This document shows, one piece after another, positions 11,666 to 24,084 of a stretch of 64,000 nucleotides of DNA. This stretch comes from Octopus vulgaris (taxonomy: Eukaryota). Numbering within the stretch: position 1 is the first letter of the stretch; the number at the start of each line of letters is the position of its first letter. The position numbers and the translations under genes are program-made. Location: assembly GCA_951406725.2 (NCBI GenBank), contig OX597817.1, forward strand, positions 5,208,001-5,272,000. The letters run 5' to 3'. The notes below the pieces were generated by a model, which made no database searches, had not been told where the DNA came from, and saw only the letters and a program-made list of their open reading frames with translations.

Positions 11666-14600
11666 TGAGAATTAACAAAAAAAGGTGAAAACGGGTGTGT
11701 AAACAACAAACAGATGTATTAGTTTAACACTCAGGAAGTGAGAAAGTCGTTTACGTTTCGAGTCTATGCTCTTTGACATTAAGGAACACAGAAATAAACA
11801 GGGAGAGAAAATAGAAAAAGGTTTATTGGCTAGCGATCTATCATGGCGAATCTGTCATGTATATATATATACATACATATATATAATGTTTTTTTTCAAT
11901 AGATATGATTCAAATTCCAGTGAGGATACCTTTCCAGAAAGAAAAAAAATACAAAACAACCAAAGAAAACTAAACAACAAACACGCCTACTCCACCCATA
12001 AGAACATGATAGGGAACAACCACATAAACAACTCCTTTCATATATGCACCATGAACAGTTACCATCAGCTACTCTCATGTACCAGATATAACAGCCATGC
12101 ACCCCAGAACTATTGGCAACCCAAAATACAAGACCCACCAGGAGCAGGTGCAAGACAGAGACCAAACTTTCCGGATTGGACCACAGTTCATTCAGCAACT
12201 TTCACCCTTCCCAGGGACTACTGAAAATACCAGGCACCACACACAATAGCGAACATGGATTCTACAGACACGCATCCATACATATCAATCTTAAGCCACA
12301 ACACCACCATCAACCCAACAGAATCCTCCAGGTTTATACAAACTACTCATACACACAATTAAACAACCAAAACTCTACAACCACGGACCAGAGAAATGGG
12401 GGTTTAGTTTGGATTACGACTAACTCCAAACATAGAACCACCAGACACCCAAACACACAAAACAATCCAAGACAACAACGTCCAATCCTTCCATAAACAA
12501 CAACTCATACCAAGATAACCAACATTTTTAGCCTCACACCAGAGGAAACAGGACACAGAGTAGAACCCGAGACAGAGGAAAAGCCGATGGTAATTATCCT
12601 TTCTCACAAACACCTATCAACGACAAAGATAAATATCCTCATCAAAGGACCTCAATTCACCCCTACACCTCGCAGATCCAATCAAAATGAAATTAATGGC
12701 AGTGTCTCGGAATTCTGTAGGAAATTACGTCTTACAGAAGCACCGGCTGACTTTGATGATCATGATGAATCATTGGTCAAAAACAAAAGTGAGAATTCTC
12801 CCCACGGAGTAAGAAATAAAAGCCTAGATAAATTCTGTAATCACATTGAAAATTTTCCCTACCACACTCTACACAAAAAAAACCCCACCTCAAATGTCAA
12901 CAAAATTCGATGGAATGAACTTAATGAATTGCGGAATGAAAAATGTAATAACAATCAAAGAAGCAGATAAAGAAAATGCAGTGGTAATCATCGACACATC
13001 CTACCACAAAAACCTGGTTGTGTCCATACTGAATAATAATCGGCACTATGAAAAAATCAATAACTACACCACCCAACAAAAAAATAAAGCAATGAAAAGC
13101 CTTTTCTCACATAATTCAAGCCCATGGAAAAGACCTTACCAGAAAGGAAACAGATTTCCTGACAAATTTCAAATTTAAATCCAGTCTCATTTATGGTCTT
13201 CCCAAAATTCACAAAAGCCCAAACATTAACGTGGCCATAAAAACTCACGACAAACATTCATACATACACCAATACTAGGAGACCTAAAATTACGACTCAT
13301 CATAGTTGGCCCATCCTGTGAAAACCATCGATTATGTTGCTTCATGGACATTCTCCTGAAACCATATTTAAAACACATCAAAAGTTACATGTCAGAGAAG
13401 ATTTGGACGTGTTAAACCACCTCCCAGAACAGGTCGAGGAAGAAACATTCATGGTTACATTCGATGTCATCAGCTTATATACCAACATACTACATAATTA
13501 TGGGATTGAAGCAATTATGTTCCGGCTGGAACAACATCCAGAAGAAATACCAGAACAAATCAACAAAGAATTCATCATTGAATCCATAAAATTTATCATC
13601 CAAAATAATCATTTCATGTTTAATACAACTTTCTACCGCCAATGATCTGGAGTTGCGATGGGTACGAAAGCAGCACCTACCATTGTCAACCTTACAATGG
13701 GGTTCTTAGAAAAAACAATGTATCAGGAGTCACTGCTAAAATTTGGAGACCCTCTCGCCTGATACATAAAGGGAAATTGGAAGAGATTTTTAGATGACTG
13801 GTTCCTACTATGGAATGAAGACATAAACAAACTCCTGGAAATCAAAATACTCCTAAACATCATCAACACAAACATACAACGTACAATAGAATACAACGAG
13901 GAGGAACTACCATTCTTAGACATACTGATTAAAAAACAAACAACAACAACAAAATAGAAAGAGACATCTTTTATAAAACGACAAATGCTAAGCAATACCT
14001 CCTATTTAGCTCTTGTCACCCGAGACATACGAAGACATCCCCTTAATCTTGCAAGAAGGATTTGCACCATCGCTTCGGAGAAATATACCAGGGATTTAAG
14101 ATTACAAGAACTCAAAAACACACTCCTGGACAGACACTATCCAATCCAACTTATAAACGAAGGGATGTTTGCAATCAGATGCTCGGGTTGCCAGAAAGAT
14201 TATATCTGAAGTACGGGAAACTCTATCCGTCGCCAATCTACGGTGCACTATCAACAAATAGCTTCAACACAATATCGCCAGATATATCTCAACTAACATA
14301 TTGACGTATGTACTAAACAATTGCAATCACAATTCTATATATTCCCTCTGTACAAATTTGCTAACTGGAACTCAACGCAAGTTCGTCTTAATAAAGAAGC
14401 CTCATTCATCCAGAAATATGAACCAGAACTGAACATTAATACATTTTAGTAACAACTCTAAAACAGAATAAAAATCAATTCTTCTCCCCACTTTTGAAAT
14501 ATTTGTAAATAGCCCCTAAAACTTGTGTATATACCTCACAAATCTATATACATTAAGAACATCAGTCCAAAGATCCTAACAATTCTTAGAAAGTAACTTG

Positions 14601-14870
14601 TAATTTTTCCGGTGAATTGAAGAGTTACATCCCAAATTACCTTCAGAAATATTGACGAGTTACATCCCTTTGACTGCAAAAATTATTGTCAACAACAAAA
14701 ATGGATGAAATCTAACACCTAGGAAGTTTGATATGCGTAAGACGCGAAACCGGTACTCCCAGTTTATTATTTAATGTTGTAATACAACTCTTTGTTTTAT
14801 TATGATGTTAATATTAGCAGAAATTTTACTATACAAACCTCCAGTGCGTTTTTACATATTTTCTTTCTTA
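11666..14870 (+). mobile_element. Decayed Penelope-like element (RT + GIY-YIG) with frameshifts and stops
   Basis: Fragments KGPQFTPTP, IKEADK..AVVI, YGLPKIHK, FDVISLYTNI, Q*SGVAMGTKAAP, WKRFLDD, LPFLDILI, LNLARRICTI, FAIRCSGCQKDYI (GIY-YIG). Hammerhead remnant at 14722-14760. Inverted pLTR-like piece at about 11666-11855. Confidence 0.88.
14722..14760 (+). ncRNA. Degenerate minimal hammerhead ribozyme in the Penelope pLTR
   Basis: ggaagt-ttgata-t-gcgt aag acgc-GAAAC CG GT-actccc: stems I and II and the palindromic ACCGGT stem III are present; the CUGAUGA box and the cleavage nucleotide are damaged. Confidence 0.6.
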
Positions 14871-15235
14871 AATATATATATACATATATATAGATAGACA
14901 TACCTTATATACTGTTATAATGTTGGTATATATAATCGTTTAACTTAATCTCATAATATATACGGATTAACAGATGTGAAGTACATTTAACGTTTCCACA
15001 GAAAATAGATTTAGTATACCAATGTACAATGTAACAATGGAGCAATGAAAACTTAAGTATAAGTATAGATCATTATTAATTTTACCGTTACCTCTTCAAT
15101 ATGCTTCTTTGACTAGTTTGGTAACACAAGACGGTACTCCAAATCAAATGATGATGAGGAGGAGGAGGAGGAGGAGGAGGAGGATGGTAGTGGTGGTGGT
15201 GGTGGAGGTGGTGATGATGATGATGATGATGATGA

Positions 15236-15546
15236 GTACCAGTGATTGTAGGATCTCTGGAAATGATAAAAAAGGTACTGAAACCTATTTGAATATGATA
15301 CCAGGCTTACCATCGCTACAGGAAGTGCAAAACATCGTGTTAACTGGAAGGGCTCATGACTGAGAAGAGCATAATCACTGTGAAAACAACATCCATTCAT
15401 GAATTTATTTATTTAGTAATTTTTTAAATACATATTTTACCTGTAAATTTGCGTGTGTAATCTGGGAATGCATACAATGAGCTTCTCTGCTCTAGGTGTA
15501 CAGAAAACACTCGGCGAGAAACGGAAGAAAATTTGAAAAAGAAAAA

Positions 15547-15547
<1 letters not shown>
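15236..15547 (+). mobile_element. R4/Dong-type non-LTR retrotransposon 3' fragment
   Basis: KKGTETYLNMIPGLPSLQEVQNIVLTGRAH..LRRA matches the REL C-terminal Q...L.GTAHILR motif; followed by UTR and (TAC)n(TAA)n. Confidence 0.7.
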
Positions 15548-15619
<72 letters not shown>

Positions 15620-15911
15620 TTCTACTATAGGCAAAAAGTCAGTTAGATGTTCTTCCCAAAGTTTCCAGAAAATATTAAAATATTTAGTCTCCCTAATAAT
15701 CATTTCTATATAGGAAAAAAGCAAGGCCACTTACTCGCTGCCTTTATTAACCTTGTGAGAATCTTGTATATCTTTGCTGATTTTATACTTCTATTTATTT
15801 TAAATATTGACATATGGCCAGAAATTTTGGTTAGAGTATCGTCGAATTTGACCCCTCGCAGATTAATATGTAAAACTGATTCGAATTCATCATGGAAGGT
15901 CGCCTTACTTT

Positions 15912-16036
15912 CGACCGGAGCCGTGTGGACCTTAGGTGTTTCGCTCATAAAAACACTCATCGCCCGGTCTGAGATTCGAATCCGCGATCCCTCGACCGCG
16001 AGTCTGCTACTCTAACCACTAGGCCATGTGCCTCCA
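15912..16036 (-). mobile_element. tRNA-headed SINE family C fragment
   Basis: Reverse complement gives atggcctagtggttag...ggattcgaatc (A and B boxes); similar to the copy at 42601. Confidence 0.7.
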
Positions 16037-16529
16037 CTGAGCTAGAGATAGATATTTAAAATTCATTGATCGACACTTATTCTGTCATTTTATTAGAGAC
16101 TACACTTACGAAGATTGTGAACCATCAGACATACCCATATATCATTATCATATGAATTTTGTGACATCATTCCGTCATTATGACTTTCAAAGCAAATAAC
16201 TCCTGAATAATAGCTCCACACAAGAATTCTATCCTCCGTGAGGCTTCACCTCCTCATCTGCTATTTATGCACTAAATAATAATTCATTCTCGATTATGAG
16301 ATTTAGTATTTTACTTAAAAAGTAAGTTTGGAGCTATTAGTATTTGGCGCTTTAATTTACCTCAGTAGTTCATTGGTTTCTTTAATTATCGATCCCATTC
16401 AGAGGGTACGAACGTCATAGTTGGCCTTGGTGAGCAGTGAACTTACAATGTAAATGTATACATATAAAAGCTACGAAATATTGTATCTGTCATTTTAATG
16501 TTTCTACGAATCCATCATTTTTATGATAT

Positions 16530-17740
16530 TGGTTTCTAATTTTGGTACAAGGTCAGCAGTTTCGGCGGAGGGGTACGTGTATTACATTGACCTCAGTATT
16601 CAACTGGTACCTTGTTTTAACAACTCCGAAAGGATGCATGGAAAAGTGAGACGAGGAAGAATTTGAACTCAGAATGCAAAGTCGGAAGAAATGCTCTTAA
16701 GCAACTTTTTCTAGCGTGGTTCCGATTCTTCCATCTTGCAGTCTTCCCCATTCTGTTACTATTCATTTCCAGCATAGAAACAAGGCCTGAAATTTGAGGA
16801 GAGGAATGAGTTCGTTTAATCGACATCAATACTTGAGTGGTACTTGTTTTAACAATGGTTTGGAAAGTTGCAACGCATCGGCGGGATTTGAACTCAGTTA
16901 GCAAATCAACGCAAGATATTTCTCCGATGCTCCAACGATTTCGCATAACCAGTGCTCTAAACAATTTCTTACATAGGCGGAAGGCCTCAAATTTGGAGGA
17001 AAGGGCGCAGCCAATTATACCCTTGTTCACTTCCCCCAGTACTCGGCACTTCATTTTGTCAGAGTCTACCTCGGTGGTATTTGAGCTTAGAATGTTATGT
17101 TATGCACTTAAATAGAACAAAATATTTTAGCCGCCACTTTGATGAATTTGTGAATTGATTACCTTAATAAAAGTGATTTCTGCATTAATACAAGACCACA
17201 AATCTAGATGAATTAGTTGACTAAATCATCCCAAATAATATTCACAATAATTGTAACAGTCTCCTTGTGTTCCTATCTACCAGCTTTCAAGAATAAAGAA
17301 CAAAAACTTGTTATTATTGATGTTTAGCTCCTGCTCAGGCGGCTTTACATATATAAACGTTCTATACAAAATCTTTTACATTTTACTCAGAAACAGTTTA
17401 TCCAGACAACGTATTATGTGACTTGAAGGATATTTAGCTGCTTGATATTTTCCAGTAGTTATAGACTGCATTAGAATTGCAAGCAATATATATACAAATG
17501 CCATGACGGTGTGACAAGGGCGACGAGTTGGTGGAGTTTTTAGAATATCAGAAAAGATGCTTTGTGATATTTCTTCCGGCTCTTTAAGTTCCGAGTACAA
17601 GAACTGCTGTGATCGACATCGACTTTCATCCTTTCGAGAACGATAAAATAAAGTGTCAGTCAAGTACTGTAGTCGGTGATATCGAATAACCTCCTCCTAC
17701 ATATCTGCTGGACTTGTGAATCTAAATCAAAAAACCATTA
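16530..17740. mobile_element. Cluster of old, diverged SINE family A copies
   Basis: Repeated degenerate caactggtac / gaatttgaactcag / tttcatcctttcgag motifs on both strands. Confidence 0.6.
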
Positions 17741-18163
17741 TAGCTCTATGATAAATAAAGAATTATTGGTATTGCCATCATTATTTAGCAAGTCTTTTAT
17801 TTTTGTTATTCTTATTCAATGTAAAACTCACAATGATTAGTAATTCTCTCTTGATGTCATCCATCGCCCTTGTGGCGTTAAGGAATCAATACCATTATTT
17901 TTAGTAAAGCTATTACTATAAACTCTGGTGTGAATGTTTTTGTAGTCTTAGAATAATTCTCGTTTTGTTTGCTTTTCTTTGCCTTTTGCTACGATTGTTG
18001 ACGATATCACTACGGCTACTAACACCATCATTGTTTCTCTTCATCTTGTTGAGGACACAACTGTTGTTGTTGCTACAACTATCATTATTGGTGTTGCTGC
18101 TGCTGTTATTGTTGTTGCCGTCATCGTTGTCGTCGTTGCTGTTCTTGTCGTCGTCGTTGTCGT

Positions 18164-18514
18164 GAACAAGCATAGACCAATGGGAGTTGAGGTGGAATTC
18201 GATGACCTACCACCTGTTGTGAATTATAAAGATTCGAAGCCATACATTAACTCGAAAGCGTGAGTAAGCGTTTTAGATAAGACTATACATGCGGCGCTAA
18301 AAGGAAAGGAAAAAGAAAAAAAAGAGGGAAAAATTATATAAAAAACTTTTATTGAAACAGTTAAATGGTACTACTTGAGAGTGGGTTTCATCCTCATTAA
18401 TTATTATCTATCCCTCATTTCATTCGTTTCATGTTTTTGTCCCCACTGTGGTGTTCTGTCTGTCCTTGTGTCTTCCCCTCTGTGTCATGGCCTGTGTGCC
18501 AAATAAAAGAGATA
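18164..18514 (+). mobile_element. 3' UTR fragment of a Tx1-like retrotransposon inside a (GTC)n-like tract
   Basis: 3' end ccttgtgtcttcccctctgtgtcatggcctgtgtgccaaataaaagagata aligns with the 3' end of the Tx1-like element at 50282-50340 (minus). Flanked by gtcgtcgtcgttgtcg and cgtcatcattgtcg. Confidence 0.55.
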
Positions 18515-18884
18515 CGTCATCATTGTCGCCGCTGTTGTTTTTGTTGTTACAGAAGCTATTATTGCTGTTCACACTGATACTGGAACTTTCTGTTATTATC
18601 ATGTTCCTAATTTAGATACTAGATCAGCAATTTTGCGACAAAGGTTTGATCGATTTCATCAACATAACTGCTTGACAGGTACCTTATTTTATCGGCTCCG
18701 AAATGGAAAAACAGCAAAGTGGGCCTCAGCGGCATTTGAACTTAGAACGCAAAACTCCAAGATAGATTAACTTTGCCTTTCATACCCTTCGGGGTCGATA
18801 AATTAAAATACTAATCAAGTACTGGTGTCTGTGGTGTCGACTAACCCTTTCTCTCATCAAAACTACTGGGCTTGTACCTCTTTT

Positions 18885-19116
18885 TATTTCTTTACTACCC
18901 ACAAGGGGCCAAACACAGAGGATACAAACAAGGACAGACAAACAGATTAAATCGATTACATCGACCCCAGTGCGTAACTGGTACTTAGTTTATCGAACAC
19001 GAAAGGATGAAAGGCAAAGTCGACCTCGGCGGAATTTGAACCCAGAACGTAACGGCAGACGAAATACGGCTACGCATTTCGCCCGGCGTGCTAACGTTTC
19101 TGCCAGCTCGCCGCCT
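18885..19116 (-). mobile_element. Young full-length SINE family A (tRNA head, Meta-like core, Tx1-like tail)
   Basis: ggcggcgagctggcaga...gttcaaattcc...gcctttcatcctttcg...tgtgggtagtaaagaaata; multiple copies in the window. Confidence 0.88.
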
Positions 19117-19149
19117 TCCTCTGTCAGAAATTAGTATAGTTGTTATTAA

Positions 19150-19470
19150 ATGTGTGTAGTTTAGAGGATAAAGATTTCGGTTAACGATCCGGAGGTCGTG
19201 AGTTCGATTCCCGGTGGCGCGTTGTGCCATAGAGCAAGACACTTTATTTCAAGCTCCTCCAGTCCACTCAGCTGGTAAAAATGAGTAGTACCTGTAATTC
19301 GATGGAACCAGCTGTGTCACAGTATGTGTGACGCTGACTCTCCCCAAGAACTACATTGAGTGTACGCGAGTCTGTGGAATGTTCAGCCACTTGCACGTTA
19401 ATTCTACGTGCAGGATAATCTATTGATCGGCTCAACTAGAACGCGCATCTTCGTAACCGACGGAGTGTTT
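19150..19470 (+). mobile_element. tRNA-derived SINE (family D head)
   Basis: B box gagttcgattccc, gagcaagacactttatttc; tail shared with the copy at 38557-38932. Confidence 0.75.
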
Positions 19471-19525
19471 TCATAATTGTTATTTAACACCAAGATGAAC
19501 TCTGATGAAGTACATCTATATTCAA

Positions 19526-19921
19526 CTAGCAGTATCGCCCGGCGTTGCTCGGTTTGTAAGGGAAATAACTATATAAGCATTTTTAGAGAGTTCTAGCCAA
19601 AAAATAGCAAAAGAATGCATTAAAAATGGGAAAAAAATGATGGTAAATTTTTTTTTAAATCGTTGACTCATCGTAGACATTTTTAGAGAGTTACTTCCCT
19701 TATATAATAGCGAAAAAATGCATTAAAATGGAAATAAATGATGGTAATTTTTTTTTTAATCGTAGACTCATCGTAGACGCGCGCTAATACCCAGAAAGGC
19801 TCGATATGAATCATGACTATAAGCTACCCGGTTTTGGTTAAACTGCACCGCAAAATGTGGAAGTAGTTAGGAATCTAAATCGTAGGAGACAGACACACAA
19901 CCTTACTTTTATATATAAAGA
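19526..19921 (-). mobile_element. Non-autonomous Helitron
   Basis: Minus strand reads A|TC tttatatataaaag ... ccgagcaacgccgg hairpin ... CTAG|T; no TSD; internal ~100 bp tandem duplication. Confidence 0.85.
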
Positions 19922-21107
19922 TTATGTTCCAGCCATAACCGTCAAGCAACCTTATGCCTTTTGCTCTAAACTATGCACTGCAGCCTCTAATTCTGAGAAC
20001 ACCGGATACGATTTGAAGGAGATTTAGCCGCTATTTTTAGCCATGCAAACGACCGCACAAGTACTGCTCTCGTAGCTCCTATTATAGATGTTATTTACTC
20101 CCCACGTCACAAGTAGACTGGAACATTAAATAATCAGTCATTCCACCTATGACCATTCTGCCTTAATAAGGGACATCTAGGTCTACAATGTCTAATGTGC
20201 TCGTCCATTTTAAACAAGGCAGAGTATGACATAAGGGATATTAATCTGTGAGTTCTGGAAGATCGTTATTATTTGCTTCCATTCTTAGTAGTGTTATTAT
20301 TTTTGTTGTCAGCCGTTTAACTTCTAAATAATGCAACAGTGAATGGCATCAAGTTTATAGATTCAGGAAAATATTCGCTGAAACGACGACGTCGCAGACA
20401 ACTCAGAAAGGTTATCATGACCAGGTAGCCTACCTTTCGTTTCAAAGTCTTGGTGTTGCCAGCACCTCTCTCTTGTAAAATTGTGGTGGTTTTTCTTGTT
20501 GATGTTGCTGCGGATGTTGTTGTTATTACAGTTATGATTGCTATTGCTTTTGCTGTTGTTGTAGTTGTTTTTTTTTTTCTGTTGCTATTGCTGAAGTTGT
20601 TGTTGCTGCTGCTGTTGTTATGGTCACAGCTGATGTTGTTATTGCTTTTGTTGCTGTAGTTGTGAGGGCAACAGTTATTGCTGCTGTTGTTTCCGAGGTT
20701 ATTTCTGAGGTTGTTATTACACTTGTAGTTTTCTTTTCTTTTTTTTTTTACTGTCATATGTTTTTGTTGCTGTTGTTGTCGTTGCTGCTTCTGCTGTTGT
20801 CATTGTCATTATTGCTATTGTTGTTCTTGTACTTCTTGCTGCTGTTCCTATAGCATTTGTTATTAATGATGTTGTTGTTCTTGTTGTTACTATTACCCCA
20901 GGGATTGTTTCGTTGTTATTTGTGGCAATGTGGGGGGTTATTGCTATAATATATATTGTTGCTGTTGCTACTATTACTACTAACCTTGCTACTCTTGTTT
21001 ATCTTGATCCTATCATTGTCAATCATGTTGTTGTTGTTGTTATTATTATTATTATTATTATTATTGTTATTATTATTACTATTATTATTATTATTATTAA
21101 TATACTA

Positions 21108-21324
21108 TTTTACTTGTTTCAATCAGTTGACTGCGGCCATGCTGGAGCACCGCCTTTTAGTCGAGCAAATCGACCCCAGGACTTGCTCTTTGTAAGCCTA
21201 GTACTTATTCTACCGGTCTTTTTTGCCGAACCGCTAAGTTACGGGTTCGTAAACACACCAGCATCGGTTGTCAAGCGATGTTGGGGGGACAAACACAGAG
21301 ACACAAACATATACACACACATAC

Positions 21325-21379
<55 letters not shown>

Positions 21380-21465
21380 TACGACGGGCTTCTTTCACTC
21401 ACAATACTTTGGTCGGCCCGAGGCTATAGTAGAAGACACTTGCCCAAGATACCACGTAGTAGAAC
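21108..21465 (-). mobile_element. SINE family B
   Basis: Reverse complement of the 9365 copy, with an internal deletion. Confidence 0.85.
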
Positions 21466-21471
21466 TCATCA

Positions 21472-21597
21472 TCATCTTATTGTCTTTGCACAAATTCTAA
21501 CGCTGGAGATGTACTACAGTGTCAGTTGCTCACTACCAGAGTATTCGAGCGGTTCCAAGTAGTACTGTTTTCAGCAAGTGCCCCACTGTTATTGTAG
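21472..21597 (-). mobile_element. R4/Dong-type 3' fragment (second family)
   Basis: Minus frame ITVGHLLKTVLLGTARIL; ends in aataagatgatgatg. Confidence 0.6.
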
Positions 21598-21844
21598 CCC
21601 CTATTTATTCCTATTATTATTATTATTATTATTATTGTTATTATTATTATTGCTATCATTATTACTATTATTATTACTATTATTAAGGTGATGAGCTGGC
21701 AGAGTCGTTAGCTTAATGACATTTCATCCGTCTTTACATTCTGAGTTCAAATTCCGCCGAGGTCGACTTTGCCACACATCATTTCGGGGTCGATGAAATA
21801 AGTAACCCCGCCCCACCCCAAATTTAAGGCCTTTTGCTTTATTA

Positions 21845-21894
<50 letters not shown>

Positions 21895-21934
21895 GTTATT
21901 ATTTTTATTATTATTGTTGTTGTTGTTGTTGTGA

Positions 21935-22260
21935 AGACGCATGGCGCAGTAGTTAGATCGTAGAGCTTACGTCGTGAGGTTATGAGTTCGATTCCCGGAC
22001 CGGGCTGCGTGTTGTGTTCTTGAGCAAGACACTTTATTTCATATTGCTCCAGTGAAAACAGCTATAGAAATGAGTTGCGACATCGCTGGTACCAACCCGT
22101 ATCGGCCTTTGACTTTCCCTTGGATAACATCAGTGGTGTAGAGAGGGGAGGCTGGTATACATGGGCCACTGCTAGCCTTCCACAAACAATCTTGCCCTGA
22201 CTTGTGCCTGGGAGGGTAACTTTCTAGGTGCAATCCCATGGTCATCCATGACCGAAGTGT
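21935..22260 (+). mobile_element. tRNA-derived SINE (family D head, different tail)
   Basis: A box tggcgcagtagttag, B box gagttcgattccc; related copy at about 28690-28895 (minus). Confidence 0.75.
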
Positions 22261-22272
22261 GCCTCCTCCTCC

Positions 22273-22362
<90 letters not shown>

Positions 22363-22384
22363 ATTATTATTATTATTATTATTC

Positions 22385-22592
22385 AGTAGTTTTATTTTTA
22401 TAGCGTGCTTTCACTTCACTACCGAGCGCAGCTCTGTGTGCCTTAGGTATGTGCTGTGATTTTTTGTGATGCTCTGATGGTTATTGTATGGAAAGTGTTC
22501 TGCATAGGATGTGTGCAGTGACTAGTAGTGCAATTTTCTGTATGTTGTATGTGTTTGTAAGTCCTGGTGTTTTTGTTATGTATTTGTCTGAA
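22385..22592 (-). mobile_element. R4/Dong-type 3' fragment inserted in (TAA)n
   Basis: Minus frame YSDKYITKTPGLTNTYNIQKIALLVTAHILCRTLSIQ* plus UTR; (TTA)n on both sides, the known Dong target. Confidence 0.78.
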
Positions 22593-22602
22593 TATTATTA
22601 TC

Positions 22603-22670
<68 letters not shown>

Positions 22671-22972
22671 TAAGGCAGTGAGCTAGCAGAATCGTTAGCA
22701 AAACGGAGAAAGTGTTTGGTGGCATTTTGTCCGTCTTTATATTCTGAGTTCAACTTTGCTTTTCGTCCTTTCGGAGTCTGTGAAATAGGGACCAGTTAAG
22801 CACTGCAGTGTCGATGCAATTGATTAGCTACTTCTCGTAAAATTTCAGGCCTTGCGCCTACAACCGAGATGATTGTTATCATTGTTGTTGTTGATGCTGA
22901 AGACGTCACTGTTATCGTTAGGGCTTTTTTTTTTACTTTTTCATGCTGTCGATGTTGTTACATTTGCTGCTG

Positions 22973-23108
<136 letters not shown>

Positions 23109-23344
23109 ACTTACTGCTGCAGCTACGACTACTGATACCCCTGTTATTATCATTGCTATTATAGTTGTTGTTGCCGTTCCCGTTGCTGTCATGTTTGTTA
23201 GTTACTGTCGTTGCCGCCTTACTGTTCTAGTAGTAGTAGTAGTAGTAGTAGTAGCAGCAGCAGCAGCAGCAGCAGGAGTAGAAGTAGTTGTTGTTGTTGT
23301 TGTCGTTGTTGTTACGGTTGTTCTTGTTATCGTTGTCGTTGTTA

Positions 23345-23550
23345 AGGCGGCGAGCTGGCAGAGACGTTAGCACGCCGGGCGAAATGCTTTGCGGTATTTC
23401 GTCCGCCGCTGCGTTCTGAGTTCAAATTCCGCCGAGGTCGACTTTGCCTTTCATCCTTTCGGGATCGATAATAAATTAAGTACCAGTTACGTATTGGGGG
23501 TCGATGTAATCGATTTAATTCCTTTGTCTGTCCTTGTTTGTCCCCTCTAT
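23345..23550 (+). mobile_element. Young SINE family A, 3'-truncated
   Basis: Matches the 18885-19116 copy. Confidence 0.88.
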
Positions 23551-24084
23551 CGTTGTCGTTGTTCTGACTTGTTGTTGTCAATGCTAAGCTTATTTTCATT
23601 GTTGCTGTTGCGGCTATGGTTACGTTTTAGTTGTTGCTATTTCTGTTATGACTACTGTTGCTGTTACTGTTGGTCTTATGCTTGTTGTTGCGACTGTTGT
23701 TCTTGCTGTTTTTTTTTATTATAGATGCTACTGTTACTAATACTGTTAATTTCATGATTATTCTTCTCGTTATTTTTATAGACGTTATTATTGTCATCAT
23801 TGCTTTACTGTTCATTATTGTTTTTTGCTGTTAAATCTGTTCGCATTATTTTCATTGTTGTTTTAGCTGCTGTTGTCACTTTTTGGATGCGGTTGTCGTT
23901 AGCGTCGTCGTTGATCTAATAGTCGCCGATGTTATTGCAGTTCTTACTCTCATGAGCGTCGCTGCCATTGTTATGGTCGTTGATGTTATAGCTGTTGATA
24001 TTATGGCTGTTGTTCCTGTTCTCATGTTTGCTGTTATTATTGCTGTTGTTGTTATACACGTTGTTCTTGATGACGTTGCTGAGG

